64,000 bases of DNA from positions 199,518,001 through 199,582,000 of the forward strand of contig NC_086100.1 of assembly GCF_963921235.1 (NCBI RefSeq). The letters run 5' to 3'. Shown here piece by piece: positions 12,590 through 24,544 of this stretch; the first letter of the stretch is position 1; each line of letters opens with the position of its first letter. The position numbers and the translations under genes are program-made. The notes below the pieces were generated by a model that saw only the letters and a list, made by a program, of their open reading frames with translations, was not told the origin of the DNA and made no database searches. This DNA is from Mobula hypostoma (taxonomy: Eukaryota).

Positions 12590-13611
12590 AGGGGGGTGGG
12601 TGGGGAGAGGACAGAGAGAGCTGGGTGTGTGTTGAGTGGGAAAAGAGAGTGGGTGGGGAGTGGAGAGGTAGATGGGTGAGGAGTGGAGAGAGGTGTGAAT
12701 GGATGTCAAGAGGAGAGAGAGAGGTGGTTTGGTTCAGACTGATTCACTGTTGTCTCTGGAATTCAGTTCACCCTCCTACCAAATATTATTTCTGACAGAG
12801 TGTGATTGGTGAGATTGTGTGATTGGAGACATTAGACACAACTCTGGACAGAGGAAGTGAGAGTGAAAGAGCGATACAGGTAGGTTTGAGAGACAGCAGT
12901 GAGGCTGGTAATCCACACAGGAGAAGTGGTTTGGTAGCGAGTGAGGAGAGAGGTGTGTGGGGAGTGGGGAGAGAGGGGTGGGTGGGTAGGGAATGGGGAG
13001 AGAGGGGTGTGTGTGTGTGGGGGTAAAAAGTAAGAGATGTCTATAGGAATTCAGATGTTAATTGGGATCAGCAGTGTGGGTACAGGGTGGGGGAGAGAGG
13101 TGGGTATGTGGGGGGAGGTGAGTCAGATGTCTAGAGAAGGGTTGTTGTTAATTGAGATCAATACAGACAGGTAGTTGCCGTTCAACATGAATATGTTGGG
13201 CCAAAGGTCTGTTTATCTCCATACAAACAGTCACATGATTTCTCTGAAAAGCAACTGATATGGTCTGAGTGAGGTTGAAAGTGAAAGCTCTGAATCTCTG
13301 TAAAACCAGGGTACGGTATCAGCAGAGATCACACTGAGAGTCTGAATCTGTCAGTCACTGGCCGGGTCACTGACAGAAGCAGCTGGTTCATCGCTCACTC
13401 TGCCTTTTGCTGTTTTACAGTTTGGTTTAGACTGATTCACTGTTGTCTCTGGAATTCAGTTCACCCTCCTACCAAATATTATTTCTGACCGAGGGTGATC
13501 GGTGAGACAGTGTGATCGGAGACATGGACACAACTCTGGACAGAGGAAGTGAGAGAGAAAGAGAGATAGGGGTAAGTTTGAGAGACAGCAGGGAGACTGG
13601 TAATCCACACG
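12590..13611. repeat. Outlying copy of the G-rich compound repeat
   Basis: 12727-13488 is near-identical by eye to 40680-41440. Confidence 0.9.
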
Positions 13612-14515
13612 GGAATGATGAGAATGAGGCCTGTATATAACTGCTATTAGTGTCTTTTTACTCTTGCCATTTCCTAACTCGACCCATAAGAATTCTACCT
13701 CTTCTGATCCTATGTCCCTTCTTTCTATTGATTTGATATTGTTGCTTACCATCAGGGCCACGCCACCCCCTTTACCTACCTTCCTATCCTTCCTGTACAC
13801 TGTGTATCCTGGGATATTCAGCTCCCAATCACATCCATCATTTAGCCATGACTCGGTGATGGCCACAATGTCATACCTTTTAACCTGCAGCTGTGCAGCA
13901 AGGTCATCCACTTTATTTCTAATGCTGTGTGCATTTAAGTACAGCACATTTAGATCAGTATCTGTTGCCACTTGTGCTATATTTCTATTTTGCAGCAAAT
14001 TATCCTGTATATTCACCGGCCTGTCCTTCTTACCATCTTTGCTGTACAGTATTTTTGACTTATTTCTATTTTCCTCTTCCTCGACCCTAACACCTTTGTT
14101 TCCTTCCCCTTGCCAACTTAGTTTAAACCTTCCCTAACAGCTATATTAAACAATCCCGCCAGGATATTAGTACCTTTTGGGTTCAGGTGTAATCCATCTT
14201 TTTTGTATAAGTCATACATTCCCCAAAATAGATCCCAATGATTGAAGAATTTGAAGCCCTGCCCCCTGCACCAGTTACTTAGCCACACATTCATCCGCTT
14301 AATTCTGCTATTCTTACCATCATTAGCGCGCAGCTCAGGCAGCAATCCTGAGATTATTACTCTGGAGGTCCGGCTTTTCAATTTTCTTCCCAGCTCCCAG
14401 TAATCTTCCTTCAGGACCTCCTCTCTTTTTCTGTCTATGTCATTGGTACCAACATGTACCAAGACTTCCGGCTGCTCGCCCTCTCTCCTCAGAATACTCT
14501 GGACTCGATCTGAGA
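13612..14515 (-). mobile_element. CR1 fragment: ORF1 SGNH-esterase domain and ORF2 endonuclease N-terminus
   Basis: VHVGTND...VIISGLLP...DGLHLN (14118..14462); YLNAHSIRNK, AITESW, GGGVAL (13456..14016). Confidence 0.9.
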
Positions 14516-14534
14516 CATATCTCTTCTTTCAGTT

Positions 14535-14570
14535 AGTCCTGACGAAGGGTCTCGGCCAGAAACATCGACT
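14535..14570 (+). ncRNA. Minimal type I hammerhead ribozyme motif within a Penelope terminal fragment (14519-14652)
   Basis: AGTC-CTGACGA-AGGGTCTCGGCCA-GAAAC-ATC-GACT: stem I AGTC/GACT, CUGANGA and GAAA cores, NUH triplet. Activity unknown. Confidence 0.75.
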
Positions 14571-14652
14571 GTACCTCTTCCTAGAGATGCTGCCTGGCCT
14601 GCTGCGTGTGTGTTGCTTGAATTTCTCGCATCTGCAGATTTTCTCGGGTTTT

Positions 14653-15760
14653 CATCCAAGGAGGGCATGCAGTGGTAGCAGAAACGAGAGGGAAGCTGAA
14701 TGATTGGGAAGCTTTACAAACTAATAAAAGCCAGTGAAAAACAATGAGGAGAGAAAAGATGAATAATGAAGGCAAGCTAGCCAATAATATTAAAAACGGT
14801 GCCGAAAGCTTTTCTTCCAGAGGTAGAAAGAGTAAAATAAAGGCAGAGTGGACATTAGAGTGCTGGAAATGACACTGGAGAGGTAGTAGTGGGGAAAAAG
14901 GAATGGTGAACAAACTGAATAAGGATTTTGCCAGCGAGGGGGAGAAATGAGTGTCCTCACGGTTGCCAATGAGAAGCTGAAATGTCGAAGGTAGATAAGT
15001 CATCTAGACTAGTTGGACTACACCCCAGTGATCTGAATGAGGTATCTGAACAGACTGGGGAGGTTTCAGTACTGGTCTTTTAAGAATCAGTAGGTCCTGG
15101 AACGATTCTGAAGGACTGGAACATTGTCACTTTACTCCAGAAGGAAAGGAGGTAAAGGAAAGGAAATTATTGGTCAGTTAGCGGTCTTCAGTGATGACTG
15201 AACGTTAGAGTCCATCATTAAGGATGAGCTTTCAGGGTAACAGCTGGCACACAATAAAATAGGCCAAAGTCAGCACGGTTCACTGAAGGGGAAACCCTAC
15301 CTTGGCAAATCTGTTGGGAATTTTTGATAAAATAACAAAATCAACAACAGAGAAGTTTTTCACTTGGATTTTAATGAGGCCTTTGACAAGATGCCACACA
15401 TGAGGATGCTAAAGAAGAGAAGAGCTGGAGTACTACAGGAAATATACAAGCATGGATAGAAGACTGACAGACTGACTAGAGTGGGAATACAGGAGGACTT
15501 TTCCAGTTGGTGTCCAGTGACTTGGGGGTTCAGCAGGGGTTCGTGTTGGGTCTGCTGCTTTTTACACGATATGGTGACAATTTGATTGATGGAATTGATG
15601 GCTTTGTGGTCAATTTGCAGATGATACAAAGATGGGTGGAGGGGCAGGTGGTGTTAAGGAAGCATGGAGTCTGCAGGAGAATGGCCTAGGAAGCGCCAGA
15701 TGGAATACAGTGTCAGCAAGTCATGCACTTTGGTAGACAGAATAAAAGGTGGAGCGGCTA
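14653..15760 (+). mobile_element. Old CR1 ORF2 fragment
   Basis: Degenerate SQHG..KGK, LDFNEAFDKMPH, DGIDGFV, VMHFGRQN. Confidence 0.75.
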
Positions 15761-16029
15761 CTTGAACAAACCAGCAACACTTACAGACAAAGCAGGGGGA
15801 GGAGGGAGTTGATCTTGTGTGATACTCTCTCCAATCCAATAACAACATTCCAAGGTCCAAGAATACCTTTGGTCTTTTATTTGAAAAGTAGCAAAACAAA
15901 CAATCTTGATGTGATAAAACGCTAATGAAACTACTACCAACGATAAAACAAAATAAACAATCAGCGTATTCAATGTTCATAAGCTGAGCATTCATAAATG
16001 TATTCAAGAAGATTCCAAGATCGAGTTAT

Positions 16030-17095
16030 TGAAAAGTATAACTCAAAATCTGGCCCTTTGGCCTATCTAGTGCATGTTAAAGCATTTAAACTGTCTACTC
16101 CCATCGACCTGCACAGGGACCATTGTCCTCCATACTCCTGCAATTCATATACCTGTGTAACCATAATTTAAACATTGAAATGAATCTCACTTACACCAGT
16201 TGCATTGGCAGCCCAATTCACACTCACCAGACTCTCAGAGGGAGATGTGTCCAATCATGTTCCCCTTAAACGTCTCACCTTGCACCCTTAACACATGACC
16301 TTTGGTTGTAGTCCCAACCAACCGCAGTGAAAACAGCCTGCTTGTATTTACCCCATCTTTTCCCCTCATAATTTTTATACTTCTATAAAATATCCTGTCA
16401 ATCTTCTATGTTCCATGGAATAAATTCTGAATGTATTCAATCTTTCGGCCAGTCCTCCAGACCCAGCAAGATCCTTCTAAACTTTCTCCAGACTCTTTCA
16501 ATGTCATTTACATCTTTCCTGTCGAAAGATGACCAAAATTGTTCACAATTCTCCAAACTAGGCCTCACCAATGTCCTATACACCTTCAACATAACATCCC
16601 ATTTCCAGTAGTCAGAACTTTAATATATGAAGGCCAATGTGCCAAAAGATTTCTTTACAGTCCTATCTACCTGTGAATTATGGACCTGTATTCCCAGAGC
16701 CTTTTCTTCTACAGCTCTCCTCAGTGCCCTACAATTCACTGTGCAAGACCTATCCTGAAGTGCAACACCTCACACTTGTCTTTGCTAAATTCCAACTGCT
16801 ATATTTCCATCTGGACCAGATCCCACTGCAAGCCAGGATAGTCTTCCTTGCTGTCCACTACATCCACAGTCTTGGTGTCATCTGCAAATTATCATCCAGA
16901 TCATTGACATAGATGACAAACAACAAGATACCCAATACCGATCCCTGTGGCACTCCACTAGTCACAGACCCCCAGTCAGAGATACAGCCATCTATGAACA
17001 CTCTCTGGCTTATCCCACAAAGGCAATGTCTAATCCTATTTACTACCACATCTTGAATGCCAAGCAACTGAACTTTCTAGACCAATATCTCTTGC
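16030..17095 (-). mobile_element. Old CR1 RT and 3' end fragment
   Basis: VTSGVPQGSVLGILLFVIYVNDLD (16858..17067) plus a CR1-type 3' UTR. Confidence 0.8.
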
Positions 17096-17344
17096 AAGTC
17101 CTCATCATTAGTCAGACAACCCACCACACACAGAGCAGAGGTGACTATCCCGAATCAGTTCCTGACTAGTAACATCCCTCCCCGTGGGAACGACCACTTG
17201 TCCAAAGGCCGCCTACATGCGGGTTTGTGACTACAACTCCCAGTGGTCACCATCACCTGTTGCTTCGCCACTCGCCCACCACCGTAGAACTTGTAGAAGA
17301 CTGGTAGGAATTGAAAGTCTAAAACAACAGAACCCCAAAACTGC

Positions 17345-18070
17345 ACCGATATTTGTTCTGGCACTCTGGTTCCCACCACCCTGCAACTCCTGTTTAAACC
17401 GCCCATGAGGCACGAGAAACCTTCCCACTAGGGTATTAGTCCCCTTCCAGTTCACTTGCAAACTTGTTTTTCTCTGCAGGTTGCACGTTCCCTGGAAGAG
17501 AGCCCAATGATTCAAAAAGTCTAATGCCATCCCTCCTGCACCAACTCCTTGACCATGAGTCAGACTGTATGATCTTCCTATTTCTGGCCTCACTAGCATG
17601 TGGAAAAGATGTCAATCCTGAGATCACAAACCTAGACATCCTGCCCTTTAACATCGCACCTAACCCCATGAATTCACTTTGCAGAACCTCATCACTTGGT
17701 ACCTACATGAACCACGACCTCTGGCTGCTCACCCTCCCTCTTGAGAAAGCTAAGGACTCGATCTGAGGTGTACTGGACCCTGACATCTGGGAGGCAACAT
17801 ACCATCTGGGGATCTCGTACTCACCCGCAGAACTTCCTGTCTGTTAACCTAACGAACAAACCCCCCATCACCACAGCTTGCTTCTTCAACCTCCTTCCCT
17901 TCTGAGTCTCAGAGACAGACTCAGTGCCAGAGACCTGACCATTGTGACTTTTCTCTGCTTGCTCATGCCCCGAACAGTAACCAAAGATGTTGTTGAGGGC
18001 GAGTGACCAAAGGTTTAGTCTGCACTGGCTGTTTAACCCCTCTCCCCTTCCGACTGTCACCATGCTCCTG
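17345..18070 (-). mobile_element. CR1 ORF1 (esterase) fragment
   Basis: AVVMGGLFVRLTDRKFCG, FVISG, FLNHWALF. Confidence 0.75.
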
Positions 18071-18072
18071 TG

Positions 18073-18530
18073 TTTTGAGACTGGGACAGACCCCGACAGA
18101 CATTACCCACCCCGACTCTGACCCATCCCCGGTGAGAGAAGGACAAACCCAGGCAGACATTTCCCACCCTGACACATCCCCATTTAGAGCGAGACAAACC
18201 CATTCAGTCATTCCAAACCCTGACCCTTCTCCGTGAGAGTGGGACAGACCCAGGCAGACAATCCCCGCCCCCACACTGCCCATCCACAGTGAGTGTAGGA
18301 CAGACTCAGGCAGACATTTCCAATGCAGACCTGTCTCCAGTAAGAATGGGACTCCATGGCAGACATTCTCCACCCTGACCCTTCCCCAGTGAGAATGGAA
18401 CAGACCCAGGCAGACATTTCCCACGTCCAAACTAACCATCGCCCATGAGAGTGGGAAAGACTCAGATAGACATTACTGACACCCCACCCTAACCATTCCC
18501 AGGTAGAATGGGATTGACCCAGGGAGACCC
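18073..18530. repeat. Degenerate minisatellite, ~9 units of ~48-57 bp
   Basis: Consensus approx. GTGAGAGTGGGACAGACCCAGGCAGACATTTCCCACCCTGACCCTTCCCC, recurring near 18083, 18140, 18191, 18241, 18297, 18348, 18396, 18453 and 18510. Confidence 0.85.
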
Positions 18531-18584
18531 TTTTTCCCTCCCTTCCCTCTGTCCGCATCCCAGACATGAACAGGGTAGAACTGC

Positions 18585-18835
18585 TTCAGGTTGCCACTGT
18601 GCTCTGCTTACTGACAGGGTTGGAGATGGTGCAGCAGAACAATGAAGGGATGAAGGTGTCCATAGCATTGATTGAGACAAGGAGGTGCTGTCACCGTTGT
18701 TGATGTTGTGTAGCCGGTTGAAGTTCAGCTGAGAGAGTGGGTGTGAGTGAGGGTCCTCACCATCCAGGGAAGGAGATATGGATCTGCAGGGTGTTGGCAG
18801 CAGGAAGGAGGGAGTACAGGGTCCCAACAGCGGAA
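18585..18835 (-). pseudogene. Possible decayed Ig C2-set (CD2/SLAM/CEACAM-like) exon
   Basis: Joining frames gives ...NINNGDST/LLVSINAMDTFIPSLFCCTISNPVSKQSTV, which carries a CxxxNPVS F-G strand signature. Requires frameshifts. Confidence 0.35.
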
Positions 18836-18849
18836 TGAAGATTTATAAG

Positions 18850-19290
18850 GAAACATCTATTATCTGATCTATTACTGAGGAGAAAGTGCTTGGAAAGCTG
18901 AAGTCTGATGGTTGGTAAGTCACCTGGACCAGATGGACTACAATCCTCGGATCTGATAGAAGTAGTTGAAGAGCTTATGCAGGCATTAGTCATGATCCTT
19001 CAAGAATCATGAGATTGTGGAATAACTTTGGGGGACTGGAAAACTCAAAGGACACTCCAGTTTGATGAAAGGAGGGAGGCAAAAGGCAAGAAATTATAAG
19101 TCAGTAAACCTGACTTCAGTGGTTGGTAAGATGCTGTAATCCAGTATCAAGGATGAGGTTTGACAGTAGATGGAGACACTTGGAGTATTGTCAGCCGTTC
19201 TGGGCCCTCATCTAAGAAAATAAATGATCTGTTGATCTGGAAAAGATCCGGAGGAGGTTCACAAGAATGATCCCAGGAATGTCTCACTTT
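18850..19290 (+). mobile_element. CR1 ORF2 fragments
   Basis: KSPGPDGL and NYKSVNLTSVVGKML. Confidence 0.7.
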
Positions 19291-19453
19291 CAAGAACTGT
19301 TTACAATTCACGTTCTCAGGATTATTTCTTGCACAGTTTGTCTTTGGCACTTCGGTTGTTTGTCAGTCTTTATGAGAAGTTTTTCATAAATTCTGTTGCA
19401 TTTCTGCATCTTCCTGTAAATGCTTTCTAGAAAATGAATCTTATGGTGAAATA

Positions 19454-20015
19454 CAGTGCCTTGAAATAGTATTCAGTCCACACAAGTAGAGTATTTTCAT
19501 GTCATTTTCTAAATATTTTGAAGTAGAATTTATTGAGCTATTCTACAAAACATTGTGCATCATATCAAATCAAAAGAAAAGTTTGAAATTTCTCAACAAT
19601 TTACAAACAATTAAAACCAAAATTGTGAGTCTGAATAAGTATTCATCCCTTCCTTTGTAATGACCACACTCACTTTCCTCAGGTGCCATTTGTGATCTCA
19701 CCAACTCACATAATTTGTCAATGCAGAACATTGTAGGATCAGTGAATCAGTGAGAATGACAACACCTCACTCTGTAAAGTCCAGCTGTATGATAGACGTA
19801 CAACAGACCAAACCAAAATGAAGACACAGGAACATTCAAGACAAGTCAGGGAAATGAGAAAGTGGAAGCACAAATCTAGGGAATGGTACATGACAATCTC
19901 AAAGGCATTAGACGTACCTTGGAGCTCAATGTAGTCGATCATGAAAAAGTGGAAAAAATATGAAACCACAGCCACACTGCCTAGGTCAGGCACTCCTCCA
20001 CACTGAGTCACTGGA
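19454..20015 (+). mobile_element. Tc1-like transposon 5' fragment
   Basis: TA|CAGTGCCTTGAAATAGTATTCA terminus. From 19818: MKTQEHSRQVRE..TISKALDVPWS..IMKKWKKYETTATLPRSG (paired-like DNA-binding domain). Confidence 0.85.
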
Positions 20016-20515
20016 GAAGAATGGCAGATATAATAGTGTTGGGAAATGTAAAAGAAAAAATAGGGAGGACTATTACCTAAATGGGGAAAAGATTCAAATA
20101 TCGGAGGTACAAAGGGACTTAGGAGTCCTCATGCAAGACTCCTAGAAGGTTAATTTATAGTTTGAGTCTGCAGTCAGGAAGGTTCATGCAATGTTGGCAT
20201 TCCATTCAAGAGAATAGAAGAGAAAATCAAGGAGATAATGCTGAGGATTTACAAGACACTAGTCAGACCTTACTTGGAGCATTGTCAACAGTTTTGGGCA
20301 CCATGTCTCAGAAAGGATGTGTTGTCAGTGAAGAGAGTCCAGAGGAAGTGCACAAGGATGATTCTGGGAATGAATGGGTTAACATATGAGGAGCATTTGT
20401 CAACTTTGTGCCTGTACTCACTGGAATTTAGAAGAATGTGTTGGGATCTCGTTTAAACCTACTGCATGTGGAAAGGGCTATACAGGGTGGATGTGAAGAG
20501 GATGTTTCCTATGGT
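20016..20515 (+). mobile_element. CR1 RT C-terminal fragment
   Basis: YYLNGEKIQ..QRDLGV; YKTLVRPYLEHCQQFWAP. Confidence 0.8.
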
Positions 20516-22190
20516 CTGCAGAACTTGTCATTACAACCTCAAATGCCATTGTCATGTCCACTGACCAGTCAAGCAAATGATTAGGGATGTTGCCTTTAAA
20601 CGCACCTTACAGGAGAGCATATGTAAATTCAGTGGCTTGTGGAAAGAAATGGTAATAGAAATTTACTATCCGTAGAAAGTCCTGTAATTTTTCAGTAGTG
20701 TGGGGCAGTGGGAAATCCATAATAGCAGCTGCTTTTGATGGGAGGGGTTTTGCACCTTCTGTGGAGATGTGATGGCCGAGAACGTCAATGGCTGATACCC
20801 CAGACTGGTATTTTGCATGGTTAGTAATCAACTCGTGTTGGCTTAAGTGCTTGTAAAGTGTGCAGAGATAAGGTTTGTGTTTGGATTTGGATGCATTGGT
20901 GACAAGTATGTCATCCAGGTGAACAAAAAATCAAAGTTTTTAATACAGAGTCCATCAGCGATTCGAAGACTGTACTGCATTTTTCAGCCCAAACAGCATG
21001 TGCAGAAACTCAGAGAGACCAAATGGGATTATCACAGCCATATCTAATCTGTACAGGTCTTTCAGGCCTTTTAACATTCGAAATGTTTCAATGAAATCCC
21101 CACTCATTCTCCTGACCTCCAGGGAATATATCCAAGAACTGCCAGACATTCCTCATACAGCAACCCTTTCATTCCTGGAATCATTCTCGTGAATCTTCTC
21201 TGAACTCTCTCCAATGTCAGTATATCGTTTCTAAAATAAGGAGCCCAAAACTGCACTCAGAACTCCAAGTGTGGTCTCATGAGTGCCTTATAGAGCCTCA
21301 ACATCACGTCCCTGCTTTTATATTCTATACCTCTAGAAATGAATGCCAACATTGCATTCTCCTTCTTCACCACTGCCTCATCCTGGAGGTTAACCTTTAG
21401 CGTATCCTGCACAAGGTCTCCCAAGTCCCTTTCCATCTCTGCATTTTGAATTCTCTCCCCATCTAAATAATCGTCTGCCCATTTATTTCTTCCACTAATA
21501 TGCATGACCATACACTTTCCAATATTGTATTTCATTTGCTACTTCAGTGCCCATTCCCCTAAACTATCTAAGTGTGTTCACAGACCTCCAACGTCCAGAT
21601 GCGCTGGCACTGTCAAAGCTGCCAGCTCCTTGGCACTTTCTGGTGTCCATACCAAAGCAAGCGAGGTAAAAACACAGGCCTGGCATTGTCTGTTTCGCAG
21701 CCACGGGTGTCCTTAAGGTGGGGGCTGGCTGACCGGGCTTATTGAGGTAGAGAAAGCTGAGTGTAGACTCTCAGCCATATTAACAAGCTCCCTTTCGTCC
21801 TCCACAGGTGTATTAACTGGGGTTCAGCAAACTTGTTTCGGCATTTTCTGCATGAAGAGTTGTTTGAAATTAAAACAAGGATGGTGATTGCTCAGGAGGG
21901 ATAACATGTGATCCATTCACTCTGATGGCTTAGCGTCACCGTGGCTGGGCGAGGAAAACAACTGTTGGTGCACTCAGACTCCAACAGTCCAAAACTCTGT
22001 AAATGGTGAGTTTTCAACGATGGGTATTGATCGTATCCAGGCAGGTTTTCAAGGAGACTCTTCACTCTGGCAGCACATAGCAATGTTTGGTGTTGTCGGG
22101 GGAGATTGCTCCCAACGTAAATTGGACCTTGCCTTGCACTGACAACATAATGGCAGTTTGCTGCAATGTAGGATTTCTCAAATAATAAGG
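20516..22190 (-). mobile_element. Degenerate CsRN1-type Gypsy relic (gag 21573-22190, RT 20516-21035) split by a CR1 fragment (21035-21572)
   Basis: PFGLSEFLHMLFGLKNA, HLDDIL, DVLGHHIS..AKPLPSK. The gag part is an inverted copy of 1180-1795. Confidence 0.8.
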
Positions 22191-22499
22191 TAAAGGCATT
22201 TTATGTTTGAGAAAAAAAACATAGCAACTTATTCATTGAACACAAAAAACTGAACACTGAGTGCAATAACAGTCCTTCAAGTAATTAACTCACCACCTCA
22301 GACCACCCTCTGGAAGTGAACCCCAACCCAATAACAATGTATGTTTCCACCAAAATCACATCAAGTCACATTTAATTAACATTCAAAACACAAGTAGATA
22401 TAGCTGAATGAAACAAAGTTCAAAAATGTTAAAATATGAAATGAAAATTTATTTTCAGAGTACATACATGTCACCACATACAACCTGCTGCATCTGTGG

Positions 22500-22830
22500 T
22501 GGTAAAAATGGCTCTCCTTCTTCTCTCTCCCGTGATTCCAAGTGCAGTGTATACTTTGCAGAGTGAAAAGCTACCCCTACAACGGCAAAAATGAACTCTC
22601 TGGTTCGTGATAAAGTGCAGACAAAGACTGAGAAAGCATTAAGTGTGTGGCTCAAGGACATGTCACAGAAGTATATCCCTGTTGATGGCAACATTATGCG
22701 TGAAAAAGCACTTAGCTTCTATGATCACTACTGTGAAGGGGTAGAGGAGAGCGAGGGGAAGGAGTTTAAGGCTAGTAAGGGATGGCTGGCGCTACAGCCC
22801 CAAGAACTTAAAGATCAGGGGAGAATCGGC
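22500..22830 (+). mobile_element. Tigger/pogo transposase fragment (CENP-B-type HTH)
   Basis: TEKALSVWLKD..IMREKALSFY..EFKASKGWL. Confidence 0.8.
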
Positions 22831-22869
22831 AGGGCAGATGTACCAAGTATCCGATTATGGAGCCAATCG

Positions 22870-24482
22870 AAATACACGATTACGTGACACCATGTATGCT
22901 TCGTATCTAAAGGCAACTTGTTCAATTTTTTGTTCTGCATATTATTTAGCTCAGAATGACAGACCATACCCTGATCATTTTGGGTTATTCGAACTTCAAG
23001 AGAAATGGTATTGACATTGGAATTGGACTGCATTCCCGCACTGGTGCTGCAGAGATAATTCGTCACATCGCCATTCATATGAAAAAGAAGATTTGCCAGC
23101 ATATCAAGCAGATAAATGGCAAATTTTCTGTTCTCATTGATGAATCAAGAAGCCTGAGCATTCAGACTTCCCTAATAGTTTATTTGAAATGTGAAAGTGT
23201 TAAAGAAGGGGTTCCCCATATTATGTTTATAAATCTAATTGAACTGCCTGATCAGAGAGCTGTAACTATTGCTAAGCATCTATTGAACTGTCTCAATAAC
23301 CATGGGTTTGATGACTCTTACTTGAAACAGAACTTTGTAGCATTTGCTAGTGATGGGGCGAGCGTAATGCTTGGTGTCAAATCTGGTGTTGCCACAGTTA
23401 TCAAGGAACATTACTCTGATGTGACAATTTTGCACTGTCTTAATCACAGATTAGAACTTGCAGTAGGTGATTCAGTGAGGGAAGCTCATGGAATAAATAA
23501 TTTTCAATCATTTATGGACAAATTGTACTCTGTTTACAGTAGATCACTTCTAAATCAAAAGGAACTGTCTGAGAGTGCCTCTCAACCAGAACAACAGATT
23601 TGCAAAATAGGCCATGTTCTGGGCACCAGGTGGGTAGCTAGCTCATTTCGAACAGTTTCAGCAGTGAGGCAAAATTATGAAGCACTGTGTTTTCATTTTG
23701 AAAAAGAAATGAAGGATGAAACAATATCTGGGAGAGACAGCAAAACCTATGAAGATCTGTTGAAAAGACTCTTCAGAACAGTTTCTATTGGACTTAGCTC
23801 CAATGTATGACACGTTGCATGAACTTGGTTTACTGTCAGAGTGTTTACAGAAACGCAACAACAAAATTGTCTCCATTAATTATCTACAGTTTCTTACTAG
23901 TCTTTTGAACAATGTGCAGCACCATATGTTCACGGCAACATCCTTGAAAGGTTCTCGTACTTCTAAACCTCAAAGTACATATAAATCCCTACTAAATGAA
24001 ATGTGTGTCCTTGATAAAGATAACTGGCCTGCTGAAATAATGCCTAATTATAGAAAAGCTGCAATATCATCTCTCTGTAAGAGGTTTAAGCTTTCTTCTT
24101 CCTCTGTCATAATTGCCTTCAGAAATTATGTGGCGGATCGTGGACACCACATCCCCCAAGATTTACGCCCATTACTGAGCTGTTCACAAGTTATTCCTAT
24201 TAGTACTGCTGAGTGTGCGTGAGGATTCAGTCACATGATCTTGATAATAACAACAACATGCTGAAGAATTCTCATAAATTGTGCATCAGCACTGATGTTT
24301 GTTAAACTAGATGGACCTCCTCTAGTTGAGTGGAATCTTGAGCTGTATGTCACATCATGGCTGTGGTACCACAGATCTCCAGATGACACCAGGGCAAAAG
24401 TTGCTTCAGACCCCCAAACACATATTATGCCTGACCCTTTGTAGAAATTATTGTGAAACTTCTCATTGGTGGCATTTGGTAA
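22870..24482 (+). mobile_element. hAT transposase relic (ZNF862/KIAA1586-like), frameshifted
   Basis: ORFs 22956..23810 and 23788..24222: VLIDES, SDGASVM, HCLNHRLEL, TRW, IPISTAEC. Confidence 0.9.
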
Positions 24483-24544
24483 CACCTTTTTCTTTGAGTG
24501 TGTTACAACAAATTGGTCAGCGAGTTAGTGGCAGTAACCTATTA

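Noticed and set aside
14118..14462. Stand-alone SGNH esterase gene
   Set aside because: Known ORF1 domain of CR1 elements, directly followed by the CR1 endonuclease.
22956..24222. Host ZNF862/KIAA1586 gene
   Set aside because: Frameshifted, truncated, duplicated and embedded among TE fragments.
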